Both the position numbers and the translations under genes were made by a program. The notes beneath the pieces were generated by a model. That model saw only the letters and a program-made list of their open reading frames with translations, ran no database searches and was not told where the DNA came from. Of a DNA stretch of 64,000 nucleotides, positions 1-10,068 are shown piece by piece (the stretch's first letter is position 1; every line of letters begins with the position of its first letter). Source of the DNA: Giardia intestinalis (taxonomy: Eukaryota); assembly GCA_000002435.2 (NCBI GenBank), contig CM018793.1; one strand, written 5' to 3'.

Positions 1-1057
1 CCCCACAAAGTACTGCGCCCCCATTTGCAGAAGACCACTTCATTGTGGAGAGGCACGAGCCAGCTGTGCCTGCCTGGTAACACTGCTTGACCCGCACATG
101 GACGTACGAAACAATGGTATAAAGGGACCTGTAGCTCCCCATGAAGGCAGCATAATGGAGAGGCGTTCGCCCCAATAAGTCGCATCTAAATAAGGCATCT
201 ACGTTGATATCTTTTTCTGCCAACGTAGGCACAAAGTCCATGAGAAGCCAACGAATACACCGCTCGTAGTTTTCGTTTGTGACAAAAAGATCAGACGAAT
301 ATTCTATTGCGACAGTGGACGATCTTGTAACGAGACCCATGTTAGCAGGAATAGTGCTGAGAGCCCTTTTTACTTCAGCCATGGAGGAATCATCAACCGG
401 AAGGTCCTGTTTGGACACATGATCACATACGTGCTTCCTTTTAGAATCATAGAGGAATGAGACAGTATATGTTACATTCGGCGCCCCATTCTGACATATT
501 ATCGGTGAATTAGATAGAGAAAGAAGATGCAGGATAGACACCCCCATAGCAGACACCGTCTCCAAGAGCCTTGGCTCCATGCTGAGCAGAAGCTGCATCA
601 CATCAAGGTCTGCATTCACCGCCGAGTAGTGGAGAGCTGTCCAGCCAACAGAGTCTTGGATCAAAAAGTCAACTCCGCCTCTATAGACAACCCTGTTCAG
701 ACTCTCACGGGCATTAAAGATGACAGCATAATGCAGAGCAGTCTGTCCACTCTCTGTTCTGCAATTGACATCTGCTCCATTCTCAAGCAAAGCATCTACA
801 ACTTCCAAATTATCCTCTACCACTGCCAGATGCAAGGGTGTTTCTCCGGCCCTATTGCGTACATTGACGTCTAGACCGAGGGAATGTGCGAAGAAAATCG
901 CCTCAGGGACACCTACGCTTGCTGCGATGTGTAGGACAGTATCACTCGTCTTTGGAGCTTGGAAGTCCTTGTATGTGCTCAGAGCAATAGAATTTGCGTG
1001 TCTTAACTCATGAAGTGAAGCTATTACATCCGTCACCGAGACCGACGCATTTTGCAT
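1..1057 (-). CDS. Ankyrin-repeat protein (Protein 21.1-like), 5'-partial view: start codon at 1055-1057, ORF runs off the left edge of the window
   Basis: Manual translation of the minus strand from ATG at 1057 gives an uninterrupted frame to position 1 (>350 codons). It contains ankyrin-type repeats (...TVLHIAASVG..DVNVRNRAGETPLHLAVVEDNLEVVDALLENGADVNCRTESGQTALHYAV...GWTALHYSA...GRTPLHYAAFMGS). An in-frame stop lies immediately upstream (1061-1063). It is missing from the ORF track only because it is incomplete. Confidence 0.55.
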   Translation of the reverse strand, partial: MQNASVSVTDVIASLHELRHANSIALSTYKDFQAPKTSDTVLHIAASVGVPEAIFFAHSLGLDVNVRNRAGETPLHLAVVEDNLEVVDALLENGADVNCRTESGQTALHYAVIFNARESLNRVVYRGGVDFLIQDSVGWTALHYSAVNADLDVMQLLLSMEPRLLETVSAMGVSILHLLSLSNSPIICQNGAPNVTYTVSFLYDSKRKHVCDHVSKQDLPVDDSSMAEVKRALSTIPANMGLVTRSSTVAIEYSSDLFVTNENYERCIRWLLMDFVPTLAEKDINVDALFRCDLLGRTPLHYAAFMGSYRSLYTIVSYVHVRVKQCYQAGTAGSCLSTMKWSSANGGAVLCG

Positions 1058-1494
1058 TTTTCATGGTTTCGAAATTTCTCTTCTTTGTTAGCAAAAATTT
1101 GCACCTTGTCTCCAAACCATTAACATTCTCAGTACACTACTGCCTGAAGGCCGGTAGTGTTGCCCAACCTAAAGGTTTTACTGTGTCAATGGATCTAACT
1201 GCCATGTGGAACAAGCTATGTACCCCGTTGCCTATACATTAGGACCAGACAGATGCAGTCTACATTTAGCTAAAATCGTAGACAGTCCGACTATTGTTAA
1301 TTTGAGGCGAACTTTCTTAGTCTGGAACCCCCATTAACTAAGATAATTAACATGTACTGCGCTTGTGAAAATGGTTTCCTCGCCTGCATCTGTCTAGCGG
1401 CCTATTGCGCCCACCAGCTCCAACCTCCTGGGCATCCTACCATTTACTCTATATCTCAGATGTTTTCTTTCTCTTCTGAAAGGAAATTAGAAGG

Positions 1495-4400
1495 TCATTC
1501 GGAGGAGGATATATCGCCTGAAAGAATGAGTTTTATGTCAAGAAAATCGTAAGCGTCAGCATATTCAAGAGCTGAGATACCATCATGGTCTCTTATACCC
1601 CTTTCTCTTTCTGCAAGGAGTCTTACGGCATCTATGCTACCATTAGATACCGCATAAATGAGAGCAGTCCAACCAAAGCTATCTTTTATACCGCCTTCCA
1701 GGTCTAACAATAATTCCACACACTTGGGATAGTTATTAAATGCTGCACCCATAAGAGCAGTTCTACCGCTACCACTTCTCATGCCGCCCTCATATTTTAC
1801 TAATAATTTTACTAATTCCGTGTATCCGTATGCTGCAGCAATCATCAATGCTGTTCCTTCATATATTTCCCATCCATCTAATTCTACACATCCTGTGTTT
1901 CTTCTTGCCTGAAAAGGAAGTAGAAGCTCTACGCCTTCTATGTCACCCTTTTCCGCTGCCCTCATAAGGGCTGTGACACCTTCCCCATTAGTAGGAGCTT
2001 CATGAGGCATAATAATCTTGGCAGCCTTTAGATGTTCATTCTTGAGCGCATAATACAAAGCATTGCGATCCTGTTTGCTTTTCATCTCTTTCTCATGTTT
2101 AAGGATGATTCTTATGGCATTAATTGAGTTATTTTCAGCGGCATGCATAAGCGCTGTCATGCCGCTTCTATCTTGCATGCGTGCTTCCTTTTTTAGTAAT
2201 AACCTAATGCATTCCCCATTGTTGTTAGTCGCTGCACACATCAGAGCCGTCCAACCATCATCGTCTTGCATGCCCTTCTCTTTCTCCAATAATACTTCGA
2301 CACATTGAGGATGATTATTTTCTGCTGCACTCATTAGAGCAGTTCGTCCACAATTATCTTCCATGCATCCTTCTTTTTTCACCAGTAGCCTGACTATTTC
2401 AACATGCCCATATGCGGCTGCATACATAAGAGCTGTTTTCCCACCGATATCCTGACGGCCCACTTCATGAAGACTGTCTCTAACATCATCTATGTTATTA
2501 CAAATTGCAGCATAGATGAGAGTAGTCCAGCCAGAAGCATCGCTTTCATGTTGCACTAAGAGTTGTGCGCATTCCTGTTCATTACAAGATGCCGCCCACA
2601 TGAGAGCAGTCATATCACTATTATCTTTTATGCACTTTTCCATCATTAGTAAGAGCTTGACGCACTCTGGATTACCATTGTATGCTGCCCACATAAGAGC
2701 GGATCCGCCGTCGTTATCCTGCATGTTGCCTTCCTTTTTCAGTAGTTGTTTGATGCACTCAGGACAATTCTTCTGTGCTGCGATCATAAGAGCGGTCTCG
2801 CCACTGTTAGTTTGCATGCGGCCCTCCTTTTTTAGTAGGAGCTTAACACACTCTAGACTGTTATTGCACGCCGCATTCATAAGAGCAGTTCGACCATCAC
2901 TGCTTTTCATGCCACCCTCTTTTTCAAATAATAGTCTAGCACACTCTAAATTGTTATTAGATGCTGCAGCCATGAGACCAGTTCTGCCAGACTTATCGTA
3001 CATGCAACCTTCCCTTTCCAAAAGCAGCCGAACGCATCCTGCGTGACCCTTTTCTGCTGCCATTATGAGAGCAGTTTCGCCGTTGTTAGTTTGCATACCG
3101 CTTTCTTCTTCTAAGAGCAACCTTGTACACTCTAAATGGTTATTGCGCGCTGCACACATAAGAGCGGTCCATCCGTCATTGTCTTGCATGCATCGTTCTT
3201 TTTCTAGTAAAAGCATAGCGCATTCTAGCTTGTTGTTACAAACTGCGTGCATAAGAGCGGACCACCCGTCTTTATCCTGCATACCGCCTTCATGGTCCAG
3301 TAATATGTCGACGCAGTCTACACTATTGTTGAATACTGCTATCATAAGGGCACTCCGACCATTCTTATTTTGCATCTCAGCCTCCTTCTTTACTAATAAT
3401 GCAGCACACTCTATGCTGTTGCTATATGCTGCATACATGAGAGCGGTCCAGCCACTACTCTGTGTCATTCCGGCTTCTTCGTGTAACAGAATCTTAACGC
3501 ACTCAAGGTTGTTCCCTTGTGCTGCTCTCATGAGAGCTGTTTTACCGCACTCATCTTTCATACGACACTCGTGTTCTACTAACAGCTTTACCATTCCTGT
3601 GTGGCCATGCGCTGCTGCCCTCATCAATGCTGTGCCCTTAGTCATCCTCAATCCATCTGTTTCAGCCTCCCCTGCTGTTCTCTTTCTCTTCTGAAGAGGT
3701 ATAAGCGCCTTCACAGTATCTACGTCATTTCTGTCAACAGCCCTCATGAGTGCCGTGACGCCTTTGTCATCAGTAGGGTCTAAAAGCTCCACAATACCTT
3801 CGTGCCCCGCCCTCGCGGCTATGATTAGCGCAGTCTCGTCGTTGTTGTTCCTCTTGTCTTTGTCCGAGAGGTGTTCCTTGACCGCCTCGATGTCTCCGTC
3901 CGCAGCGGCGCACATGAGCGGGGTCCAGGAGAAATGTAGTATGGATCTAGGGAGGCTTGACAATGCTGTGATATTCACCAGCCCATGTGTTGATGTAGGA
4001 GGTGCAGGGACCTGTGCACACGAGTTCTGGGGGCTCTTGAAGGTCCTCGTAAACTGTTGTTCGAGGTCCCTAGCTTCGGTCCGAAGATTCTGCTCAAAAG
4101 AGGCTATTCTGGCGTTTGCCTTGTCCAGAGCATTCTCCAGCATCATAATCCATGGATTCCTCTTGGTAGCAGAAGCGTCGGATGCCTGGAGTAGATCACA
4201 GAGCTCTTTGGCTGTTGGCCTTTCTCCTGGATCCAGAACGAAGATTTTTTCGAGGATGCACTTCATAACACTATTCGTGATATCACCTAAGTCCGGTCTC
4301 CATCCAGAGATGAAGGTACTCTTTGGGTCGCCAGTTCTTGTGAAATTGGGTCTCTTCAGGGTGGCAAGCTCGTAGATGATCACTCCGAGTGCCCAGATAT

Positions 4401-5145
4401 CGGAGGCAGAGGTGATGTGGTTACGAAGAAGAGTCTCAGGGGCTGTATACGGTCTTGCTCCGACAAAAGCGTTTCCAGATCGCAGAACGTCCTTGCAGGG
4501 GCCAAAGCATGTGATGACGACGCGCTTCTTGTCTTCGCTGATAAGGATGCTGGCAGGCCTGAGGTCCCGGTGCACGATTCCACAGACGGTGCTTCCATTG
4601 GAATTTGTCATCTGGATGCCATGGAGATAGGCGAGGGCATCGGCGACCTGCTGCATGACAGAGAAGATCATTTCGTCGGAAACGTAAACATCCATCCGTT
4701 TGTGCTCAGTGATGAACCTATCAAGAGAACTGCTGTAGCGGTCCATGGTCACGTAGACAAGGCACCCGTCCTCAATGACCTGGTGGCATCTGAGGACCCC
4801 CGGATGCGAGAGTCTAAGGAGAGCAGCCAGCTCAGACTTGAAAATGCTGACGATACCCTCGTCTTGGTCGTCAATCTGGATCTCTTTTATAGCAAAATTA
4901 GGGTAGTCTTTAATAGAGTAAACAGCGCTGGAGGATCCCCTGCCAAGCAGGACATCTATGCACTTGTAAGCCTCGTTGGCTAGGAGCTTTGGTGCAGCGG
5001 AGCCCTCCACGGCAGAAGCGGACATCCGATCGTCCTCGCTAACAATAGTGGTTTTTGGCCAATCCACGGCGACTGGATTGGATGGACGATCAGGAGCTGG
5101 GTTGAGGACCGCCCCACGGCACAGAAGCAGCGGGCGGATGCCCAC
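1495..5145 (-). CDS. Nek-family kinase-like protein with coiled-coil and about 20 ankyrin repeats; kinase domain probably inactive (DFG is CFG)
   Basis: The 1216-aa ORF has an N-terminal kinase fold: G-loop LGRGSSSAVY, beta3 Lys in FAIKEI, catalytic loop HRDLRPAS, CFG replacing DFG, and YTAPE. This is followed by a coiled-coil stretch and a long array of 33-aa ankyrin repeats (TALM.AA..GH...V.LL). The architecture is typical of Giardia Nek/21.1 proteins. Confidence 0.85.
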   Translation of the reverse strand: MGIRPLLLCRGAVLNPAPDRPSNPVAVDWPKTTIVSEDDRMSASAVEGSAAPKLLANEAYKCIDVLLGRGSSSAVYSIKDYPNFAIKEIQIDDQDEGIVSIFKSELAALLRLSHPGVLRCHQVIEDGCLVYVTMDRYSSSLDRFITEHKRMDVYVSDEMIFSVMQQVADALAYLHGIQMTNSNGSTVCGIVHRDLRPASILISEDKKRVVITCFGPCKDVLRSGNAFVGARPYTAPETLLRNHITSASDIWALGVIIYELATLKRPNFTRTGDPKSTFISGWRPDLGDITNSVMKCILEKIFVLDPGERPTAKELCDLLQASDASATKRNPWIMMLENALDKANARIASFEQNLRTEARDLEQQFTRTFKSPQNSCAQVPAPPTSTHGLVNITALSSLPRSILHFSWTPLMCAAADGDIEAVKEHLSDKDKRNNNDETALIIAARAGHEGIVELLDPTDDKGVTALMRAVDRNDVDTVKALIPLQKRKRTAGEAETDGLRMTKGTALMRAAAHGHTGMVKLLVEHECRMKDECGKTALMRAAQGNNLECVKILLHEEAGMTQSSGWTALMYAAYSNSIECAALLVKKEAEMQNKNGRSALMIAVFNNSVDCVDILLDHEGGMQDKDGWSALMHAVCNNKLECAMLLLEKERCMQDNDGWTALMCAARNNHLECTRLLLEEESGMQTNNGETALIMAAEKGHAGCVRLLLEREGCMYDKSGRTGLMAAASNNNLECARLLFEKEGGMKSSDGRTALMNAACNNSLECVKLLLKKEGRMQTNSGETALMIAAQKNCPECIKQLLKKEGNMQDNDGGSALMWAAYNGNPECVKLLLMMEKCIKDNSDMTALMWAASCNEQECAQLLVQHESDASGWTTLIYAAICNNIDDVRDSLHEVGRQDIGGKTALMYAAAYGHVEIVRLLVKKEGCMEDNCGRTALMSAAENNHPQCVEVLLEKEKGMQDDDGWTALMCAATNNNGECIRLLLKKEARMQDRSGMTALMHAAENNSINAIRIILKHEKEMKSKQDRNALYYALKNEHLKAAKIIMPHEAPTNGEGVTALMRAAEKGDIEGVELLLPFQARRNTGCVELDGWEIYEGTALMIAAAYGYTELVKLLVKYEGGMRSGSGRTALMGAAFNNYPKCVELLLDLEGGIKDSFGWTALIYAVSNGSIDAVRLLAERERGIRDHDGISALEYADAYDFLDIKLILSGDISSSE

Positions 5146-5165
5146 TGAGTACTATTCATTGGCGC

Positions 5166-5172
5166 ATTTACT
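5166..5172 (-). terminator. Putative Giardia polyadenylation signal AGTAAAT (AGTRAAY consensus) 13 nt downstream of the VSP stop codon
   Basis: The minus-strand sequence after the TAG stop (5185-5187) reads ATGTACTTAGATAGTAAATGCG. AGTAAAT matches the Giardia AGTPuAAPy motif at the expected distance. Confidence 0.4.
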
Positions 5173-5184
5173 ATCTAAGTACAT

Positions 5185-8100
5185 CTACGCTTTGCCTCTG
5201 CATAGGAACCACCAACACAAGAAGCCAACAAGACCACCTACAATAACTATCACAGCCACGGCGATGCCTGCAATGGCGCCGGTAGAAAGGCCACTCTTAT
5301 TGACGCTTCCGCCGTTGTCAGTGCCATCCGTCTTGACGTAGCAGATGACAGAGCCACCATCGCCGCCAGCTGGAGGAGCACAGCTTACGCAATCTTTAAC
5401 TCCAGTGATAGGCTTATTACCGTTAGGATCGTTTGTGTCGCATCTTACACATTTGGTTCCAACCTGATAATATCCTACAACGCAAGATGAACATGTGTTT
5501 GCATCGTTTGCACTAGTGCACGTTTTGCAAGCGGAATCACACAAAGGGCATACTCCAGCCGCACTAGGCTGAAGACTATTGGCGCACGTCTCGCACTTGT
5601 CGCCCTGACTGGCTAGCGTGCATATCTGTATGCCAGGTTGTCTGTCAGTCTTATAGCAGCCGTTGTCCTGGCGGAAGTACCCACTGGCACACGTAGTGCA
5701 CCCTCCCTTGCCATCTTTCACCTTGCACGCAGCTGCGCGGGCATTGTCTGCTGTACAGACCCCGTTGACGGGGACCTCCGTGGATGTGCTGCACTTCGAG
5801 CAATACTTTGTCCCTCCGATGGTGGCTCCGCAGGTCTCGCATCCGCTAGCTCCACTCTGGGGCTTGCACCCGTCCACGCAAGTACCGCTTGATGGACTGT
5901 TCTCATCCGTGTATTTGAGCATCTTCCCAGCAGGACAGGCCGTACACTTATCAGCACCCTCACCCTTACACTCTGCGCACGCATCGTTGCACCTCTTGCA
6001 TGTCTTTTTGCCACTATCGTCTCCGTAGTAGCCCTTGAGGGTCGTGCAGTCAGATACGCACTGACTAGTTGGGGTGAGGTAATCGCCGTCATTACATTCA
6101 GTGCAGGCCTCGTTCTCGGCCTTCGGGTTTGTGCAGTCCCTGCAGTTGGGCGTGTTGCACTTCCTCTCGACGCACTGGCTCCCGCTCAGAACGTAGGCGG
6201 GGTCGCAGCCAGTGCAGGCCTCGTTCTCGGCCTTCGGGTTTGTGCAGTCCCTGCAGTTGGGCGTGTTGCACTTCCTCTCGACGCACTGGCTCCCGCTCAG
6301 AACGTAGGCGGGGTCGCAGCCAGTGCAGGCCTCGTTCTCGGCCTTCGGGTTTGTGCAGTCCCTGCAGTTGGGCGTGTTGCACTTCCTCTCGACGCACTGG
6401 CTCCCGCTCAGAACGTAGGCGGGGTCGCAGCCAGTGCAGGCCTCGTTCTCGGCCTTCGGGTTTGTGCAGTCCCTGCAGTTGGGCGTGTTGCACTTCCTCT
6501 CGACGCACTGGCTCCCGCTCAGAACGTAGGCGGGGTCGCAGCCAGTGCAGGCCTCGTTCTCGGCCTTCGGGTTTGTGCAGTCCCTGCAGTTGGGCGTGTT
6601 GCACTTCCTCTCGACGCACTGGCTCCCGCTCAGAACGTAGGCGGGGTCGCAGCCAGTGCAGGCCTCGTTCTCGGCCTTCGGGTTTGTGCAGTCCCTGCAG
6701 TTGGGCGTGTTGCACTTCCTCTCGACGCACTGGCTCCCGCTCAGAACGTAGGCGGGGTCGCAGCCAGTGCAGGCCTCGTTCTCGGCCTTCGGGTTTGTGC
6801 AGTCCCTGCAGTTGGGCGTGTTGCACTTCCTCTCGACGCACTGGCTCCCGCTCAGAACGTAGGCGGGGTCGCAGCCAGTGCAGGCCTCGTTCTCGGCCTT
6901 CGGGTTTGTGCAGTCCCTGCAGTTGGGCGTGTTGCACTTCCTCTCGACGCACTGGCTCCCGCTCAGAACGTAGGCGGGGTCGCAGCCAGTGCAGGCCTCG
7001 TTCTCGGCCTTCGGGTTTGTGCAGTCCCTGCAGTTGGGCGTGTTGCACTTCCTCTCGACGCACTGGCTCCCGCTCAGAACGTAGGCGGGGTCGCAGCCAG
7101 TGCAGGCCTCGTTCTCGGCCTTCGGGTTTGTGCAGTCCCTGCAGTTGGGCGTGTTGCACTTCCTCTCGACGCACTGGCTCCCGCTCAGAACGTAGGCGGG
7201 GTCGCAGCCAGTGCAGGCCTCGTTCTCGGCCTTCGGGTTTGTGCAGTCCCTGCAGTTGGGCGTGTTGCACTTCCTCTCGACGCACTGGCTCCCGCTCAGA
7301 ACGTAGGCGGGGTCGCAGCCAGTGCAGGCCTCGTTCTCGGCCTTCGGGTTTGTGCAGTCCCTGCAGTTGGGCGTGTTGCACTTCCTCTCGACGCACTGGC
7401 TCCCGCTCAGAACGTAGGCGGGGTCGCAGCCAGTGCAGGCCTCGTTCTCGGCCTTCGGGTTTGTGCAGTCCCTGCAGTTGGGCGTGTTGCACTTCCTCTC
7501 GACGCACTGGCTCCCGCTCAGAACGTAGGCGGGGTCGCAGCCAGTGCAGGCCTCGTTCTCGGCCTTCGGGTTTGTGCAGTCCCTGCAGTTGGGCGTGTTG
7601 CACTTCCTCTCGACGCACTGGCTCCCGCTCAGAACGTAGGCGGGGTCGCAGCCAGTGCAGGCCTCGTTCTCGGCCTTCGGGTTTGTGCAGTCCCTGCAGT
7701 TGGGCGTGTTGCACTTCCTCTCGACGCACTGGCTCCCGCTCAGAACGTAGGCGGGGTCGCAGCCAGTGCAGGCCTCGTTCTCGGCCTTCGGGTTTGTGCA
7801 GTCCCTGCAGTTGGGCGTGTTGCACTTCCTCTCGACGCACTGGCTCCCGCTCAGAACGTAGGCGGGGTCGCAGCCAGTGCAGGCCTCGTTCTCGGCCTTC
7901 GGGTTTGTGCAGTCCCTGCAGTTGGGCGTGTTGCACTTCCTCTCGACGCACTGGCTCCCGCTCAGAACGTAGGCGGGGTCGCAGCCAGTGCAGGCCTCGT
8001 TCTCGGCCTTCGGGTTTGTGCAGTCCCTGCAGTTGGGCGTGTTGCACTTCCTCTCGACGCACTGGCTCCCGCTCAGAACGTAGGCGGGGTCGCAGCCAGT

Positions 8101-8451
8101 GCAGGCCTCGTTCTCGGCCTTCGGGTTTGTGCAGTCCCTGCAGTTGGGCGTGTTGCACTTCCTCTCGACGCACTGGCTCCCGCTCAGAACGTAGGCGGGG
8201 TCGCAGCCAGTGCAGGCCTCGTTCTCGGCCTTCGGGTTTGTGCAGTCCCTGCAGTTGGGCGTGTTGCACTTCCTCTCGACGCACTGGCTCCCGCTCAGAA
8301 CGTAGGCGGGGTCGCAGCCAGTGCAGGCCTCGTTCTCGGCCTTCGGGTTTGTGCAGTCCCTGCAGTTGGGCGTGTTGCACTTTTCGCTGCCGTTCTGCCC
8401 GCTGCGCTTTGCCAGCACTGTTACACAAACTAGGAGAAATCCTACCAACAT
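5185..8451 (-). CDS. Variant-specific surface protein (VSP) with about 21 tandem 37-aa Cys-rich repeats
   Basis: The 1088-aa ORF has an N-terminal signal peptide (MLVGFLLVCVTVLA) and very high Cys content dominated by CXXC motifs. The C-terminal hydrophobic TM helix is followed by the invariant VSP tail CRGKA. The repeat unit is CNTPNCRDCTNPKAENEACTGCDPAYVLSGSQCVERK. Confidence 0.9.
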   Translation of the reverse strand: MLVGFLLVCVTVLAKRSGQNGSEKCNTPNCRDCTNPKAENEACTGCDPAYVLSGSQCVERKCNTPNCRDCTNPKAENEACTGCDPAYVLSGSQCVERKCNTPNCRDCTNPKAENEACTGCDPAYVLSGSQCVERKCNTPNCRDCTNPKAENEACTGCDPAYVLSGSQCVERKCNTPNCRDCTNPKAENEACTGCDPAYVLSGSQCVERKCNTPNCRDCTNPKAENEACTGCDPAYVLSGSQCVERKCNTPNCRDCTNPKAENEACTGCDPAYVLSGSQCVERKCNTPNCRDCTNPKAENEACTGCDPAYVLSGSQCVERKCNTPNCRDCTNPKAENEACTGCDPAYVLSGSQCVERKCNTPNCRDCTNPKAENEACTGCDPAYVLSGSQCVERKCNTPNCRDCTNPKAENEACTGCDPAYVLSGSQCVERKCNTPNCRDCTNPKAENEACTGCDPAYVLSGSQCVERKCNTPNCRDCTNPKAENEACTGCDPAYVLSGSQCVERKCNTPNCRDCTNPKAENEACTGCDPAYVLSGSQCVERKCNTPNCRDCTNPKAENEACTGCDPAYVLSGSQCVERKCNTPNCRDCTNPKAENEACTGCDPAYVLSGSQCVERKCNTPNCRDCTNPKAENEACTGCDPAYVLSGSQCVERKCNTPNCRDCTNPKAENEACTGCDPAYVLSGSQCVERKCNTPNCRDCTNPKAENEACTGCDPAYVLSGSQCVERKCNTPNCRDCTNPKAENEACTGCDPAYVLSGSQCVERKCNTPNCRDCTNPKAENEACTECNDGDYLTPTSQCVSDCTTLKGYYGDDSGKKTCKRCNDACAECKGEGADKCTACPAGKMLKYTDENSPSSGTCVDGCKPQSGASGCETCGATIGGTKYCSKCSTSTEVPVNGVCTADNARAAACKVKDGKGGCTTCASGYFRQDNGCYKTDRQPGIQICTLASQGDKCETCANSLQPSAAGVCPLCDSACKTCTSANDANTCSSCVVGYYQVGTKCVRCDTNDPNGNKPITGVKDCVSCAPPAGGDGGSVICYVKTDGTDNGGSVNKSGLSTGAIAGIAVAVIVIVGGLVGFLCWWFLCRGKA
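6097..8392. repeat. Tandem array of a 111-bp unit, about 20.7 copies, apparently 100% identical, inside the VSP coding region
   Basis: A period of 111 nt was measured directly (the ggtcgcagcc landmark recurs at 6201 and 6312). The array is bounded by divergence at about 6097 and about 8392. It produces long artefactual ORFs in all other frames on both strands. Confidence 0.95.
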
Positions 8452-8667
8452 TAGCCGGGTTCGTATGCCACTGCTCTTCTGTCAGGCTGATGTGTTGCTG
8501 CGAGCAGTGAGAGACAGTCACTTTTGCTCCCTTAACCAGTTGGACCGGAGAAGGACAAGATAGGAGCACACCCACCGGAGGCCAACTGATAGTGCGGTTC
8601 CCCCTGGCTTCCATAGGAACAGGACCAGTAAGGACCAGACTCAGATCGCACCTCTCTTGTGGAGTGA

Positions 8668-9852
8668 TTGTTCAGGGTGCACTCCTGTACATTGCTGTCA
8701 CTGTATCACTGGGCCCACCTGCAGGTGCGCTCAGAGGCCCCACGGGCAAGCCGCGCCCACTTCCCAACCACCGCGGAGGGTGTCCTGGGAGACGCTAGTA
8801 ACAGTGCAGTTAGCAGCTTTGCAGGGCCGATGGGCGTTTGGGGAGCGTGCTCAGCAGGGGCCCTCAGCGTTATCTACTCTCTCAGGGGATGCCCCTACCT
8901 CGTCGTGAGAGAGATCCGGCTTGATGGCCTGGATCAGCACAGTGTAGATGCCATTCGGCGCAGGCTGACCGCTCTTCTAGGCACCCTTCACCCAGACGTT
9001 CTCAAATACCACCAGGTACTTACAGACGGCAACACGATCCTTGTTGTTACAGACCGCTGCTGTGGAGACCTCCGGCAGTTCATCACCGACTACAGGGACA
9101 TTCACGAACCTATTCCCAGCAAGCTGATGCTCTCCCTTCTGGGGCAGCTGGCTGGCGCCCTTGCCCACCTCCACGGGTTCAGCAGAGGTGCCCACAGCGG
9201 CCTGCCCTCTAGCGTTGTCCTCGAGCCCGACAACGTCCTGTTCGCTGGGGACGGGCGGCGTGTTGTTCTTGCAGACTTCGGGTTCTGCGAGGGCATATCG
9301 AGCGGAGCTGCGAAGGCTGGCGACCCCGCGTACATGGCCCCCGAGACACTCCTCTGCGGTGACATGACCCAAGCATCCGACGTCTGGAGCCTCGGGGCCA
9401 TCGCATACGAGCTCGCCACCCTGAGGAAGCCGGACTTCCTAGGGGACAGGGATCCTGCAGAGGTCTTCGTCGATGGGTGGAGGCCGGACCTGAGCGGTAT
9501 CGCAGACGACCTCGCAAGGAGCGTCCTTGAAAGAATGCTCGTCCTCGATCCCGCCGAGAGGCCGACTGCCAGAGAGCTCGCCCGTCTGCTTCAGATGGCC
9601 AGTGATTCTACTGATGAACAGGAGGCCCAAGACACAAGGCTAAAGGAGGTGCGCGCAGCCTTTGTAGAAGTCTTGAACGCTCATCTGCATTCGCTATTGC
9701 CTTGGGGGAACCACAAGGTCCTTATCTGTCAGAACTGGACGATATCCGACCTTCTGATTTCAGATTCTGGGTCTCAGCTGGTAAACGAGCGAGAGACTGC
9801 CGGCCTGGGGCGGCGGCGGCTCGCGTGGAGGACCTGTTCAGACAACAGCTGA
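8668..9852 (+). CDS. Nek-like pseudokinase domain protein (paralogous to the kinase domain of 1495..5145); possibly a fragment of a disrupted Nek-ankyrin gene
   Basis: The 394-aa ORF carries ADFGF and MAPE motifs. Its C-lobe is clearly homologous to gene 1495..5145 (RPDFLGDRDPAEVFVDGWRPDL...LVLDPAERPTARELARLLQ versus RPNFTRTGDPKSTFISGWRPDL...FVLDPGERPTAKELCDLLQ). The beta3 Lys is replaced (LVVREI) and the HRD motif is absent (LEPDNV). Confidence 0.55.
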   Translation: MFRVHSCTLLSLYHWAHLQVRSEAPRASRAHFPTTAEGVLGDASNSAVSSFAGPMGVWGACSAGALSVIYSLRGCPYLVVREIRLDGLDQHSVDAIRRRLTALLGTLHPDVLKYHQVLTDGNTILVVTDRCCGDLRQFITDYRDIHEPIPSKLMLSLLGQLAGALAHLHGFSRGAHSGLPSSVVLEPDNVLFAGDGRRVVLADFGFCEGISSGAAKAGDPAYMAPETLLCGDMTQASDVWSLGAIAYELATLRKPDFLGDRDPAEVFVDGWRPDLSGIADDLARSVLERMLVLDPAERPTARELARLLQMASDSTDEQEAQDTRLKEVRAAFVEVLNAHLHSLLPWGNHKVLICQNWTISDLLISDSGSQLVNERETAGLGRRRLAWRTCSDNS

Positions 9853-10068
9853 CAAACCAACCAGAGGAAGCAGAACGAATTCTTTTGTTCACAGCTTGCC
9901 TGACGCCACGGCCGAAGGTCACCCCACTGCGTCTTGTTACACACGTAGGGGCGACGGAAGGAATCCAAGGCGTGCAGTCCGCTTATGATGCGCTATCTGG
10001 ATGCGCTGCAAGAGGCCCAGGAATTGCAGGCGTGCTGCCACACGGGCTCTATGTGACCCGGAGTAAAA

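Noticed and set aside
2063-4375. Plus-strand ORFs of 81-209 aa antisense to the Nek-ankyrin gene (2063..2308, 2516..3046, 3065..3694, 3746..4375); similar cases at 23027..23446 and 31754..31996
   Set aside because: The ankyrin codon periodicity keeps the antisense frame open. The products are Ser/Leu/Ala-rich repeats without motifs, and the sense strand has unambiguous kinase and ankyrin homology.
6097-8392. Possibility that the regular array is a CRISPR array or satellite
   Set aside because: Units are contiguous with no spacers, lie inside a eukaryotic ORF, and encode a coherent Cys-rich module. The genome context is Giardia.
6098-8614. Very long alternative-frame ORFs (838 aa on minus, 793 aa on plus at 6129..8510) across the VSP repeat array
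   Set aside because: They are pure consequences of the perfect 111-bp periodicity. They lack VSP or other motifs, and their products are Arg/Ser/Pro-rich low complexity. Only the frame ending in the CRGKA tail carries a signal peptide and CXXC architecture.
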